Both the position numbers and the translations under genes were made by a program. Shown piece after piece: positions 9,864 to 18,827 of a stretch of DNA of 64,000 nt. How positions within the stretch are numbered: the first letter of the stretch is position 1; each line of letters opens with the position of its first letter. Under the pieces are notes generated by a model that worked only from the letters and a program-made list of their open reading frames with translations, was not told the DNA's origin and did not search any database. The stretch covers positions 32,377 to 96,376 of the forward strand of contig CALXAP010000005.1 in assembly GCA_944386325.1 (NCBI GenBank), written 5' to 3'. This stretch comes from an uncultured Clostridia bacterium. GTDB lineage: Bacteria > Bacillota > Clostridia > TANB77 > CAG-508.

Positions 9864-10142
9864 GTGATAAATATGAACTTAGAATTTATAGATAAATATA
9901 TAGATAAGAAATTAGAAGAAAACGATGAATATATTGTATTTACTTTTTATGAGTTAAGAGTAAAATCAGATTTATCAAAGGAAGATACTTTCTTATTTTT
10001 ACATCTAGTTACACAAAAACTTTTGAATTTAGGATATTCAATATATATGACAGAAGAAAAATACAATTATAAAGGAGAAGAGAAGATTGTTACAGATAAT
10101 CAATTATTAGTTGCTATAAAAGAAAATAATTATGGAAGGTAA
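9864..10142 (+). CDS. Hypothetical small protein.
   Basis: 92 aa ORF ending 4 nt before the tcdA start. No recognisable motif. Confidence 0.3.
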   Translation: MINMNLEFIDKYIDKKLEENDEYIVFTFYELRVKSDLSKEDTFLFLHLVTQKLLNLGYSIYMTEEKYNYKGEEKIVTDNQLLVAIKENNYGR

Positions 10143-10145
10143 GAT

Positions 10146-10856
10146 ATGAATAGATTTGCAAGAACAGAATTGTTAATAGGAAAAAATGGTTTAGAAAAAT
10201 TAAATAAATCAAATATTGCAATTTTCGGAATAGGTGGAGTAGGTTCCTATGTTGCAGAAGCATTAGCAAGAACTGGAGTAGGAAAAATTATAATTATTGA
10301 TAAAGACGATATAGATATTACAAATATAAATAGGCAAATTCATGCTATGAGTAGTACTGTAGGAAAAAGTAAAGTAGAAGTAATGAAAAGTAGAATGCTA
10401 GATATTAATCCAAATATAAAAGTAGATGCAATAAAAGAAAATTTTCCTAATGAAAATATAAATTTTTTCAGTAATGATATAGATTATATAGTAGATGCAA
10501 TAGATTCAATTAGTGCAAAAATAGAATTAATATTAAAAGCAAATGAATTAAATATACCAATAATATCATCTATGGGAATGGGCAATAAAATAGATCCAAC
10601 ACAAATAGAAGTTTCTGATATATATAAAACAAGTATATGCCCTTTGGCAAAAGTAGTAAGAAGAGAATTGAGAAAGAAAAATATAAAAAAGTTAAAAGTT
10701 GTATATTCAAAAGAAGAGCCAATAAATATAAAGCTAGAAGATGGTAAAAGTAAAACTATAGGAAGTATATCTTTTGTACCATCTGTTGCAGGATTAATAA
10801 TGGCTTCAGAGATAGTAAAAGATATATTAAATAAAGGTGATATAAATGATATCTGA
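10146..10856 (+). CDS. tcdA: tRNA threonylcarbamoyladenosine dehydratase, ThiF/MoeB-family E1-like (TcdA/CsdL).
   Basis: FGIGGVGSYVAEALARTGVGKIIIIDKDDIDITNINRQ is the ThiF Rossmann nucleotide-binding motif. Size is typical of TcdA. Confidence 0.65.
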   Translation: MNRFARTELLIGKNGLEKLNKSNIAIFGIGGVGSYVAEALARTGVGKIIIIDKDDIDITNINRQIHAMSSTVGKSKVEVMKSRMLDINPNIKVDAIKENFPNENINFFSNDIDYIVDAIDSISAKIELILKANELNIPIISSMGMGNKIDPTQIEVSDIYKTSICPLAKVVRRELRKKNIKKLKVVYSKEEPINIKLEDGKSKTIGSISFVPSVAGLIMASEIVKDILNKGDINDI

Positions 10857-11673
10857 TGAATGCTTAAAAATAGAAAAAAGTATAGTAAATACATATAAAA
10901 AAACAATTTGGAGTAAATTTATAAAAGGAGTAAAAGAATTTGAATTAATAAAAGATGGAGATAAAATAGCTGTTTGTATTTCAGGTGGAAAAGATTCAAT
11001 GCTTATGGCAAAGTGCCTACAAGAACTAAAAAAACATAGAAAAATGAACTTTGAATTATTGTTTTTGGTTATGAATCCAGGATATAACGATTATAATATG
11101 GAGAAAATAATAAAAAATGCTGAATTATTAAATATACCAATAACTGTGTTTAAAACAAATATATTTGATGTTGTAGAAAGAGTAGAAGATAATCCATGTT
11201 ATTTATGTGCAAGAATGAGAAGAGGATATTTATATAAAGAAGCCCAAAGATTAGGATGTAATAAAATAGCTTTAGGTCATCATTTTGATGATGTAATTGA
11301 AACTATATTATTAGGTATGTTTTATGGAGCTCAATTTCAAACAATGATGCCAAAATTACATAGTACATATCATGAAGGGATGGAATTAATAAGACCAATG
11401 TATTATGTTAAAGAAAAAGATATATTAAGATGGGTAAAACGAAATAATTTAGATTTTATAAAATGTGCATGTAAGTTTACAAAAAATTGCGATAGTAGTA
11501 ATTCAAAAAGAGTAGAAATAAAAGAATTAATAAATAATTTAAGACAAGTATATGAAAATATTGATATAAATATTTTTAACAGTACAAAAAATGTAAATTT
11601 AAATACTGTGATATCATATAAAAAAGAGGGAAAAACATATAATTTTCTTGATAAATATGATGAAAAAAGCTAA
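10846..11673 (+). CDS. ttcA: tRNA 2-thiocytidine biosynthesis protein TtcA-like (PP-loop ATPase).
   Basis: PP-loop CISGGKDS plus Cys motifs CYLCARMRRG and CKFTKNC. Overlaps tcdA, suggesting an operon. Confidence 0.6.
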   Translation: MISDECLKIEKSIVNTYKKTIWSKFIKGVKEFELIKDGDKIAVCISGGKDSMLMAKCLQELKKHRKMNFELLFLVMNPGYNDYNMEKIIKNAELLNIPITVFKTNIFDVVERVEDNPCYLCARMRRGYLYKEAQRLGCNKIALGHHFDDVIETILLGMFYGAQFQTMMPKLHSTYHEGMELIRPMYYVKEKDILRWVKRNNLDFIKCACKFTKNCDSSNSKRVEIKELINNLRQVYENIDINIFNSTKNVNLNTVISYKKEGKTYNFLDKYDEKS

Positions 11674-11723
11674 AAAACGTGCTATAATATATATATAAAT
11701 ACCAAAAGGTATTTTTTATTTGG

Positions 11724-12521
11724 TTGTTCAATAAGAGAGGAGAATGTCAATTGGCAAATAAAAATGAAGAAATAAGAATTTATATTAGGAAGGAGAAGGC
11801 TTCGAATCCTACCAATATAAAGGCTTTTCTTCGGTTCTCGTTGGTGATAATGACAGCTATCGCTGGGTTATCTTCTCCATTTGTTGCATACTCGGCATAT
11901 CAAAATGATGTACTTGGTATAAAAACACAAGTGGAAAAAGTAGTAGAATTGTCATCATCAAGAGATAATTTGCAAAGCGAGGAGAAAAATTTCGAAGAAA
12001 TTAGTAGTGAAGAACTTCACTACCTGAGAGAGAAGAAAAAACAAATTGCTGAACAGAAAGTAACACCACAAGTTGTTACACAAGTTCAGCAAGTTCCTGA
12101 ACAACCTGTTGTTCAGGAACAAAAATCAGAAAGCTTAAATATGTCTGATCCTTTTACAGGACAGACGCATGCAATTTCTGCTGAAGAATACCATATGGCT
12201 TGTATGGTAGTCGAAGCAGAAGGCGAAAGTACAGGGTACGAGAATAAACTGGAGATTGCAGAAGTAATTCGCAATCGAATGTTTAATCCTCGTTATAAAA
12301 AATCAAATCTGTGGGAGCTCTTTAATGCTCCTGGACAGTTCGAAACCGTCAATTATGATGGAAATGTAGAACGTTCAGGAAAGCGTTTCTATTGGGAGAA
12401 TATCCCACAGGAAACCAAAGAAGCTGTTTCGGCAGCATTCTTTAATGGCTCTGCCGTTCTTCCAGCCAATGCACTTGGTTGGAGAGGAAACGGCAAATAT
12501 AATGAAATTGTCCTTGAGTAA
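11724..12521 (+). CDS. Secreted cell wall hydrolase with a SleB/CwlJ-type (Hydrolase_2) domain.
   Basis: ISAEEYHMACMVVEAEGESTGYENKLEIAEVIRNRM...NAPGQFE matches the SleB catalytic domain. Local GC is visibly higher than the surroundings. The N-terminal start is uncertain; a signal-peptide-like stretch begins at FLRFSLVIMTAIAG. Confidence 0.55.
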   Translation: MFNKRGECQLANKNEEIRIYIRKEKASNPTNIKAFLRFSLVIMTAIAGLSSPFVAYSAYQNDVLGIKTQVEKVVELSSSRDNLQSEEKNFEEISSEELHYLREKKKQIAEQKVTPQVVTQVQQVPEQPVVQEQKSESLNMSDPFTGQTHAISAEEYHMACMVVEAEGESTGYENKLEIAEVIRNRMFNPRYKKSNLWELFNAPGQFETVNYDGNVERSGKRFYWENIPQETKEAVSAAFFNGSAVLPANALGWRGNGKYNEIVLE

Positions 12522-12553
12522 GGGCAAGTTTGAATTAGAAAAGAACAACCATA

Positions 12554-12580
12554 AGCCTAGCAATTGCTGGGCTTTTTTTT
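12554..12580 (+). terminator. Rho-independent terminator.
   Basis: GCCTAGCAATTGCTGGGC hairpin followed by a T9 run. Confidence 0.65.
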
Positions 12581-12712
12581 ACATTATAGAAAATTACATT
12601 TTCTATAATGTAAAAATATGGTATACAGAAAAATCTTGTATATTTCTTGTACATCTTAAATTAATGTGATTAATATAAAAAATAGGGAAGAGATATAGCA
12701 AAGCTAGGTTTG
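12581..12712 (+). ncRNA. Conserved intergenic element, copy A. Candidate structured RNA or regulatory module, homologous to 31006-31138.
   Basis: About 80% identity with copy B over roughly 130 bp. Two hairpins carry compensatory substitutions. The element sits upstream of a + strand gene in both copies. Confidence 0.35.
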
Positions 12713-12783
12713 TTTTAACAAAAAATAAAATAAAATTATAATATTTAAATTTGTGTACATAATAAAATTTATGGAGGTGCAAT

Positions 12784-12957
12784 ATGGATAGAAATCAAAA
12801 AATTCATTGTCATGTTGAAAGTTGTTTATATAATGATATAGACACAAATAGATGTTCATTAGATGAAATAGTAGTACAACCATGTGAAGGATGTTCTACA
12901 GGTGAAGCAGATGAATCTATGTGTGGTAGTTATGAAAGTTATAATGCAGATGAATAA
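12784..12957 (+). CDS. DUF1540-family small cysteine-rich protein (57 aa). Below the ORF-track size cutoff.
   Basis: ATGGAGGTG RBS. The sequence MDRNQKIHCHVESCLYNDIDTNRCSLDEIVVQPCEGCSTGEADESMCGS contains the C-x-V-x-x-C-x-Y-N motif typical of DUF1540. Confidence 0.5.
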   Translation: MDRNQKIHCHVESCLYNDIDTNRCSLDEIVVQPCEGCSTGEADESMCGSYESYNADE

Positions 12958-13015
12958 GAATAGAGCTTAATATTTAAAAATAGAAATAATGATAAATTAT
13001 TTCTATTTTTAAGTA

Positions 13016-13044
13016 TTGACATTATAGTAGATTAGGAATAGAAT
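13016..13044 (+). promoter_or_regulatory. Sigma-A-type promoter, TTGACA-17-TAGAAT.
   Basis: Consensus -35 hexamer, 17 bp spacer and TAGAAT -10, about 30 bp upstream of the fba RBS. Confidence 0.45.
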
Positions 13045-13075
13045 GAAAGTGAATTTTTTAAGGAGGAGATAATAT

Positions 13076-14008
13076 ATGGCATTAGTAACAACAAAAGAAA
13101 TGTTTGAAAAATCAATGAAAGAACATTTTGCAATAGGTGCATTTAATGTAAATAATATGGAGATTATACAAGGTATTGTAAGAGCTGCAGCAAAAGAAAA
13201 TTCTCCAGTTATATTACAAGCATCTGGAAGTGCAATAAAATATGCTGGACATAATTATTTGCTAAAATTAGTACAAGTTGCAGCAGAAGAAAACAGCAAT
13301 ATACCAATAGCATTACATTTAGATCATGGTGCAGATTTTGAAATTTGTAAAGAATGTATAGATGGTGGATTTACATCTGTTATGATAGATGGCTCTAAAT
13401 ATGAATTTGAAGAAAATGTTGCATTAACAAAAAAAGTTGTAGATTATGCTCACTCAAAAGGAGTTGTGGTAGAAGCTGAACTTGGAAAATTAGCAGGTAT
13501 AGAAGATGAAGTACATGTTTCAGAAGATGATGCAATGTTTACAGATCCAAATCAAGCTTATGATTTTGTACAAAGAACAGGATGTGATTCTTTAGCAATA
13601 GCTATAGGTACAAGCCATGGAGCATATAAGTTTAAAGGTGAACCAAAATTAAGATTTGATATATTAGAAAAGGTAAAGGAAAAATTACCTAATACACCTA
13701 TAGTATTACATGGTGCATCTACAGTAATACCAGAATTAGTAAATATGTGCAATGAATTTGGAGGAAATATACCTGGAGCTAAAGGTGTACCTCATGAAAT
13801 GTTAAAAGAAGCAGGACAAAGGGGTGTATCAAAAATAAATGTGGATACAGATTTAAGATTAGCAATGACTGCAAATATAAGAAAAGTATTTAAAGAAAAT
13901 CCATCTGAGTTTGATCCAAGAAAATATTTAGGACCAGCAAGAGATTGCATAGAGGAAGTTGTAAGAAATAAAATAAAAAATGTATTTTGTTCAAGCAATA
14001 AAGCATAG
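13076..14008 (+). CDS. fba: Fructose-bisphosphate aldolase, class II.
   Basis: MALVTTKEMFEKSMKEHFAIGAFNVNNME...LHLDHG...HGASG-type class II FBA signatures. AGGAGG RBS. Confidence 0.85.
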   Translation: MALVTTKEMFEKSMKEHFAIGAFNVNNMEIIQGIVRAAAKENSPVILQASGSAIKYAGHNYLLKLVQVAAEENSNIPIALHLDHGADFEICKECIDGGFTSVMIDGSKYEFEENVALTKKVVDYAHSKGVVVEAELGKLAGIEDEVHVSEDDAMFTDPNQAYDFVQRTGCDSLAIAIGTSHGAYKFKGEPKLRFDILEKVKEKLPNTPIVLHGASTVIPELVNMCNEFGGNIPGAKGVPHEMLKEAGQRGVSKINVDTDLRLAMTANIRKVFKENPSEFDPRKYLGPARDCIEEVVRNKIKNVFCSSNKA

Positions 14009-14040
14009 TATATAATATTAAATAAAAAGGAGAATGGAAA

Positions 14041-14652
14041 ATGAAAAAAGATATTTTAAAGAAAAGTTTAATAGTATTAATGATGTTAGTTTCGGTTTTA
14101 GTATTGTCAGGATGTGGAAATAATAATGAGGAAAATAATAATAACACAAATAACGAAAGTAATAGTACAACTGCAGATGATTTAAGCAGTTTACCAGTAT
14201 ATAATATGGAAACTCTAGAAAATTATACAGAGTATAAAGACGAAGCATCAGGAGCAATTGTAAATTATCCATCAGGTTGGGAAACATTAGATCAAGATGG
14301 TCAAAAATTATTTAGAGATTCAACATTAACAGGTGCATCTTTAAATATTAATAGTGCAGATATACCAGAGGCTATGTCATTTGATGCATTTATAGGAGCA
14401 TCAATAGAAGGTATAAAACAACAAATGACAATAGATGGAGATGTAGCACAAGAATGGATAAATTTAAATGGTAGAAAGGCAGCAAAAATTGATTATGTTG
14501 CAAAACAAACAGATTCAACAAATGTAACAATAGAGCAAATAGTATTTATAGAAAATAATAAAGCATATATTTTAACAATAGCTGTTTTATCAGATAATTA
14601 TGATATAGTAAAAGCTGATATAGAAAATATAGTAAAGAGCTTTAGAATATAG
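14041..14652 (+). CDS. Lipoprotein, unknown function.
   Basis: Signal peptide ending in a lipobox (VLVLSGCGNNN), followed by an Asn-rich linker and a globular domain. Confidence 0.5.
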   Translation: MKKDILKKSLIVLMMLVSVLVLSGCGNNNEENNNNTNNESNSTTADDLSSLPVYNMETLENYTEYKDEASGAIVNYPSGWETLDQDGQKLFRDSTLTGASLNINSADIPEAMSFDAFIGASIEGIKQQMTIDGDVAQEWINLNGRKAAKIDYVAKQTDSTNVTIEQIVFIENNKAYILTIAVLSDNYDIVKADIENIVKSFRI

Positions 14653-14653
14653 T

Positions 14654-14692
14654 AAACAAAGAGATGAATTATTTTCATCTCTTTGTTTTTCT
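14654..14692 (+). terminator. Rho-independent terminator.
   Basis: AAACAAAGAGATG...CATCTCTTTGTTT 13 bp stem followed by a T-rich tract. Confidence 0.65.
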
Positions 14693-14771
14693 CTTTAGTA
14701 TAAATTTTTATTGATAACTTGCAGGTAGCAAGAGTAAGCAATTCATCATTCACATTCATTGTGACTGAAAG

Positions 14772-15215
14772 TCACACACTCAAATGTCTTCTTATGTATA
14801 AATTAGCTTCTTTCTTAGCGATTTCTTTACGTTTATCATATAATTTTTTACCTTTACAAATTCCAAGTTCAACTTTCACAATATTTTTTTTATTAAAATA
14901 TAAGCATATAGGAATAAGAGAAAGCCCTTTTTGTTTTGTATAACCAATTAATTTATAAATCTCTTTTTTGTGTATTAATAATTTTCTTGTTCTCAAAGGG
15001 TCTTTATTAAATATATTACCTTGTTCATATGGACTTATATGTAAATTAATTATATATAATTCATTATCTTTTATAATAGCATAAGAATCTTTTAAGTTAA
15101 CTTTTCCATTTCTTATTGATTTTATTTCTGTTCCTGTAAGTACAATGCCTGTTTCTATAGTATCTTCAATAAAATAATTATGTTTTGCTGTAGGATTTTT
15201 TGCAATAATTCTCAT
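14772..15215 (-). CDS. smpB: SsrA-binding protein SmpB.
   Basis: Full-length match to the SmpB pattern ([31 protein letters not shown]...LLIHKKEI...KGKKLYDKR). Confidence 0.85.
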   Translation of the reverse strand: MRIIAKNPTAKHNYFIEDTIETGIVLTGTEIKSIRNGKVNLKDSYAIIKDNELYIINLHISPYEQGNIFNKDPLRTRKLLIHKKEIYKLIGYTKQKGLSLIPICLYFNKKNIVKVELGICKGKKLYDKRKEIAKKEANLYIRRHLSV

Positions 15216-15254
15216 TATATCACCTCTTAAAATATGTAAAGCAAGAAACGAGTA

Positions 15255-15695
15255 TTACTCGTTTCTGCTTTTTGAACCTTTTGTATTCTGCATACCATAA
15301 TACCATACAAGCCCTACAATTGCAACAGTTAAAATAGCAAGTATTAACCATGTAGTCCACATAGTATTATTACGCATTCCTAAAAAGTCTGTTGATGTTC
15401 TTGTTGCAGTGTAAGAAGCTGGATTATCATCATTGTTAGTTCTCATACGATCGTTAGTGTCTGTATCTGTTAAAGCAGCTCCCATTTTATCTCCAGTGTT
15501 TTTCATCGCATCTCCTATGTTATCTCCAGCATTTTTCATCGTATTTCCTACTGTTGCACCAGCATTTTGCATGCTTTGAGTTGTTTTATCCCATGAGTCT
15601 TTAATTTCTTCACCTGCGTTTTCAGCAAAAGCAATATTTGAGAATAAAAATAATGCAAAACATGCAACTAATATTGTAATAATTTTTTTAGTCAT
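15255..15695 (-). CDS. Secreted or membrane-anchored repeat protein (CsbD/YtxH-like gly-x-x-x repeats), unknown function.
   Basis: Signal peptide, internal repeats NAGATVGNTMKNAGDNIGDAMKNTGDKMG, and a C-terminal TM helix. GC is elevated relative to flanks. Confidence 0.4.
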   Translation of the reverse strand: MTKKIITILVACFALFLFSNIAFAENAGEEIKDSWDKTTQSMQNAGATVGNTMKNAGDNIGDAMKNTGDKMGAALTDTDTNDRMRTNNDDNPASYTATRTSTDFLGMRNNTMWTTWLILAILTVAIVGLVWYYGMQNTKGSKSRNE

Positions 15696-15957
15696 TTTAT
15701 CCTCCTTGAATAAAAATTAAAATAGATCAAATAATATTTTAATCATAATAATATTATTGGATTAAAAATATAAAATATTCAAAGAAAAATAGCTAAAATG
15801 TCCAAATTCTAGAATTTTTAAAATATAATTTTTATAAAAAAATAAAAAAAATCAAATATAATAATAAATAAAAGGAATCTATTTGGAAAATTAAATATGT
15901 TAATGTATTTATTGGAATTTTTTAAAATAAGGTTAAAGATTGATATATTATATAGGA

Positions 15958-15995
15958 AGAGGACAAAAAAATTATCACTATTTGAAGTGATAATT
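15958..15995 (-). terminator. Rho-independent terminator for the 16000..16296 gene.
   Basis: AATTATCACT...AGTGATAATT hairpin with a T-run on the minus strand. Confidence 0.55.
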
Positions 15996-15999
15996 TTTT

Positions 16000-16296
16000 C
16001 TAATTTTTTAATCTAATTAAAACGGCTATACCTAATAATACTAATAAAATTCCTATAACAATTAAAAGTATACTTAATATATTATTTAAACCTAAATTTG
16101 ATTCAGCTAGTGAAGAATTACTATTAACAGCAGTTCTTGAAGCACTTGAGCTTGAAGTAGATGATGTTGTATATGTATTTGTGCTTGAATTATTATAATT
16201 ATTACTATTTGTATCCAAATTTGTAGCATATATATTTATTGGAATAATTGATATCAATAATGTTGTAAAAATAAACAATTTTAATTTTTTAAACAT
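16000..16296 (-). CDS. Small Ser/Thr/Asn-rich surface protein with signal peptide and C-terminal TM anchor.
   Basis: 98 aa: N-terminal hydrophobic signal, low-complexity S/T/N region, C-terminal LLIVIGILLVLLGIAVLI anchor. Confidence 0.35.
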   Translation of the reverse strand: MFKKLKLFIFTTLLISIIPINIYATNLDTNSNNYNNSSTNTYTTSSTSSSSASRTAVNSNSSLAESNLGLNNILSILLIVIGILLVLLGIAVLIRLKN

Positions 16297-16417
16297 AAAT
16301 TTTATCCTCCTAGAAATATCATTTGTATTAGTATGATATAATCATACACAAAATATTTATAAAAGTCTATAGATTTTGGAAAAATTTAATGTTATTATTT
16401 CAAATTCAAAAAAATAG

Positions 16418-16446
16418 TTGTAGGGGCGAACATTGTTCGCCCGCAC
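16418..16446. repeat. GC-rich REP-like palindrome GGGCGAACA-T-TGTTCGCCC, family copy 1 of 5.
   Basis: Perfect 9 bp inverted repeat in about 25% GC context. On the minus strand it is followed by a T-run 3' of uvrB. Confidence 0.7.
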
Positions 16447-16510
16447 TACATAGGCATTTCTCAAAAAATTGAACATATAAATTTTTCTCTGTAAAAAATA
16501 TATATAATAA

Positions 16511-18475
16511 TTAATTATTATTATATTCTTCTAATTCTTTAATTTTATCTCTAAGTTCCGCAGCTTTTTCAAATTCCATATTTCTTGCATGTTTAAGCAT
16601 TTCATCAGTTAATTTGTTAATAATACTTTCAATAGATTCATTTTTATCAATATCATATTTAGTTTGTATATCATCTACAATTGTTGCTTTTATTGTATCA
16701 CGAATTGATTTTTTAATTGTTTTTGGTGTAATACCATGCTCAGTATTGTATTGTTGTTGTATTTTTCTTCTTCTATTTGTTTCAGAAATAGCTTTTTCCA
16801 TAGATTCTGTTAATTCATCTGCATACATTATAACTTTTCCTTCAGTATTTCTAGCAGCACGACCTATAGTTTGAATCAAAGAACGCTCTGAACGCAAAAA
16901 TCCTTCTTTATCTGCATCTAATATAGCAACAAGAGATACCTCTGGAATATCAAGACCTTCTCTTAACAAATTAATTCCAACTAAAACATCAAATTTACCA
17001 AGTCTTAAATCTCTTATTATTTCCATTCTTTCTAGAGCTTTTATTTCTGAGTGCATATACCTAACATTTATGTCTAGACCTTTTAAATAATTAGTTAAAT
17101 CCTCAGCCATTTTTTTAGTTAAAGTTGTAACAAGTATTCTTTCATTTTTTTCAACTCTTATTCTAATTTGTTCAATTAAATCATCAATTTGGTTAGTTAC
17201 AGGTTTTACTTCAATTTCAGGGTCAAGAAGACCAGTAGGTCTTATGATTTGTTCAACTATACCATCTTTACCAGACTTTTCTTTTTCATAATCTGCAGGT
17301 GTAGCACTAACAAATATACATTGATTTATTTTATTTTCAAATTCATCAAATTTTAAAGGCCTGTTATCATAAGCAGATGGCAACCTAAATCCATAATCAA
17401 TTAATGATTTTTTACGTGCTCTATCTCCATTATACATAGCTCTTACTTGAGGAATTGTAACATGAGATTCATCTATTAATAAAAGAAAATCTTTTGGGAA
17501 ATAATCCATTAATGTAAATGGAGCACTTCCTGGCTCTCTACCACTGATATGTCTTGAATAATTTTCGATACCTTGGCAAAAACCAGTTTCTTTTAGCATT
17601 TCCATATCAAAATTAGTTCTTTCTTCAATTCTTTGAGCTTCTATTAATTTATCATGTTCTTTGAAATATTTAATTCTTTCCTCTAATTCTTTTTCAATAG
17701 TTTGAATAGCATGTTCTTTTTTATTTTCTGTTGTAACATAATGTGAATTAGGAAAAATAACAATATGATTTCTGATTCCAATAGTTTTACCATTTAATGG
17801 ATTAATTTCAGAGATTTTTTCTATTTCATCTCCCCAAAATTCTATTCTTATAGCACTTTCATTAGTATTTGAAGGATATACTTCTACAATATCTCCTTTT
17901 GCACGAAAATGACCTCTTTTAAAATCTATTTCATTTCGCGTATATTGCATACTAACTAATCTTTTTAAGATTTCATTTCTAGGTTTATTCATACCTGGTC
18001 TAAGAGAAATAACCATATTTTCATAATCAATTGGATCTCCAAGACCATATATACAAGAAACAGATGAAACTATAATTACATCATTTCCTTCAAACAAACT
18101 AGCAGTAGCAGAATGTCTTAATTTATCTATTTCATCATTTACAGAAGAATCTTTTTCTATATAAGTATCTGATGATGCAATATATGCTTCTGGTTGATAA
18201 TAATCATAATATGATACAAAATATTCAACATGATTTTCTGGGAAAAATTCTTTAAATTCTGAATAAAGTTGTCCAGCTAAAGTTTTATTATGTGCAAGTA
18301 CAAGTGTTGGCTTTTGAACATTTTGAATTATATTTGCCATAGTAAATGTTTTTCCAGAACCTGTAACTCCTAAAAGTGTTTGAAATTTTTTGCCTTCTTC
18401 AATACCTTTTGACAAAAAATCTATTGCTTGTGGTTGGTCACCTGTAGGTTTATATTCTGAATGTAATTTAAACAT
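16511..18475 (-). CDS. uvrB: Excinuclease ABC subunit B.
   Basis: GVTGSGKTF Walker A, helicase motifs, and the C-terminal UvrB/UvrC interaction motif ([15 protein letters not shown]). Confidence 0.9.
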   Translation of the reverse strand: MFKLHSEYKPTGDQPQAIDFLSKGIEEGKKFQTLLGVTGSGKTFTMANIIQNVQKPTLVLAHNKTLAGQLYSEFKEFFPENHVEYFVSYYDYYQPEAYIASSDTYIEKDSSVNDEIDKLRHSATASLFEGNDVIIVSSVSCIYGLGDPIDYENMVISLRPGMNKPRNEILKRLVSMQYTRNEIDFKRGHFRAKGDIVEVYPSNTNESAIRIEFWGDEIEKISEINPLNGKTIGIRNHIVIFPNSHYVTTENKKEHAIQTIEKELEERIKYFKEHDKLIEAQRIEERTNFDMEMLKETGFCQGIENYSRHISGREPGSAPFTLMDYFPKDFLLLIDESHVTIPQVRAMYNGDRARKKSLIDYGFRLPSAYDNRPLKFDEFENKINQCIFVSATPADYEKEKSGKDGIVEQIIRPTGLLDPEIEVKPVTNQIDDLIEQIRIRVEKNERILVTTLTKKMAEDLTNYLKGLDINVRYMHSEIKALERMEIIRDLRLGKFDVLVGINLLREGLDIPEVSLVAILDADKEGFLRSERSLIQTIGRAARNTEGKVIMYADELTESMEKAISETNRRRKIQQQYNTEHGITPKTIKKSIRDTIKATIVDDIQTKYDIDKNESIESIINKLTDEMLKHARNMEFEKAAELRDKIKELEEYNNN

Positions 18476-18827
18476 GATAACCTCCTTAATTATATTTTTA
18501 AAGTAATATATGATAATTTGTTAAATATCAATAAAAATTCAAATTTACATTAAAATAAATTATAACATACATATTCTTTTTTCTCAATAAGTGTAATGGC
18601 TATTTTAGGGAGAGTTGTAACTATTACCTAATATAGAAAAATGTAATGTTTAACAAATAACATAGTTATAAATTGTTAAAAATCTATTAGATATATTTTA
18701 TTAAATTATAGTATTGCAAAAAAACTAAAAAAATTTATTTTTGTCGACAAGTTTCGACAAGAAATGTAAATTTTTTTTGATATAGTACATATGGAAGGGG
18801 AAGAAATAAAAGAAAGGAAGTGAGAAT

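Noticed and set aside
10484-10906. Minus-strand 140-aa ORF overlapping tcdA, and similar embedded ORFs elsewhere (33290..33565-, 36052..36569-, 47025..47633-, 51862..52119-, 52265..52684-, 53003..53308-, 60416..60724-).
   Set aside because: All are antisense to well-supported conserved genes (tcdA, HK, mutS, rsmF-like, infB, spoIIIAE). Their low-complexity translations have no motifs.
12445-12669. ORF 12445..12669 (+), spanning the SleB gene's 3' end, its terminator and the conserved element.
   Set aside because: It runs through a rho-independent terminator and the structured conserved element, and it overlaps the SleB frame. Most likely it is a chance ORF.
14653-14771. Expected tmRNA (ssrA) gene next to smpB.
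   Set aside because: Only about 120 bp separate smpB from the neighbouring gene. It contains a terminator hairpin and lacks the tRNA-like acceptor/T-arm and tag-peptide reading frame. No tmRNA is present here.
15244-15273. Hairpin AGAAACGAGTATTACTCGTTTCT followed by a T-run, read as a + strand terminator.
   Set aside because: It overlaps the stop codon and the last codons of the minus-strand gene 15255..15695, and no + strand gene ends here. It is more likely a 3' stabilising structure or a bidirectional element, so it was left uncalled.
16424-16442. GC-rich palindromes interpreted as LexA (Cheo) boxes.
   Set aside because: The core is CGAACA-N-TGTTCG with a 3-nt central spacer rather than CGAAC-N4-GTTCG. 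Copies also occur at loci with no SOS connection, such as between nrnA and truB. They fit REP-like repeats better.
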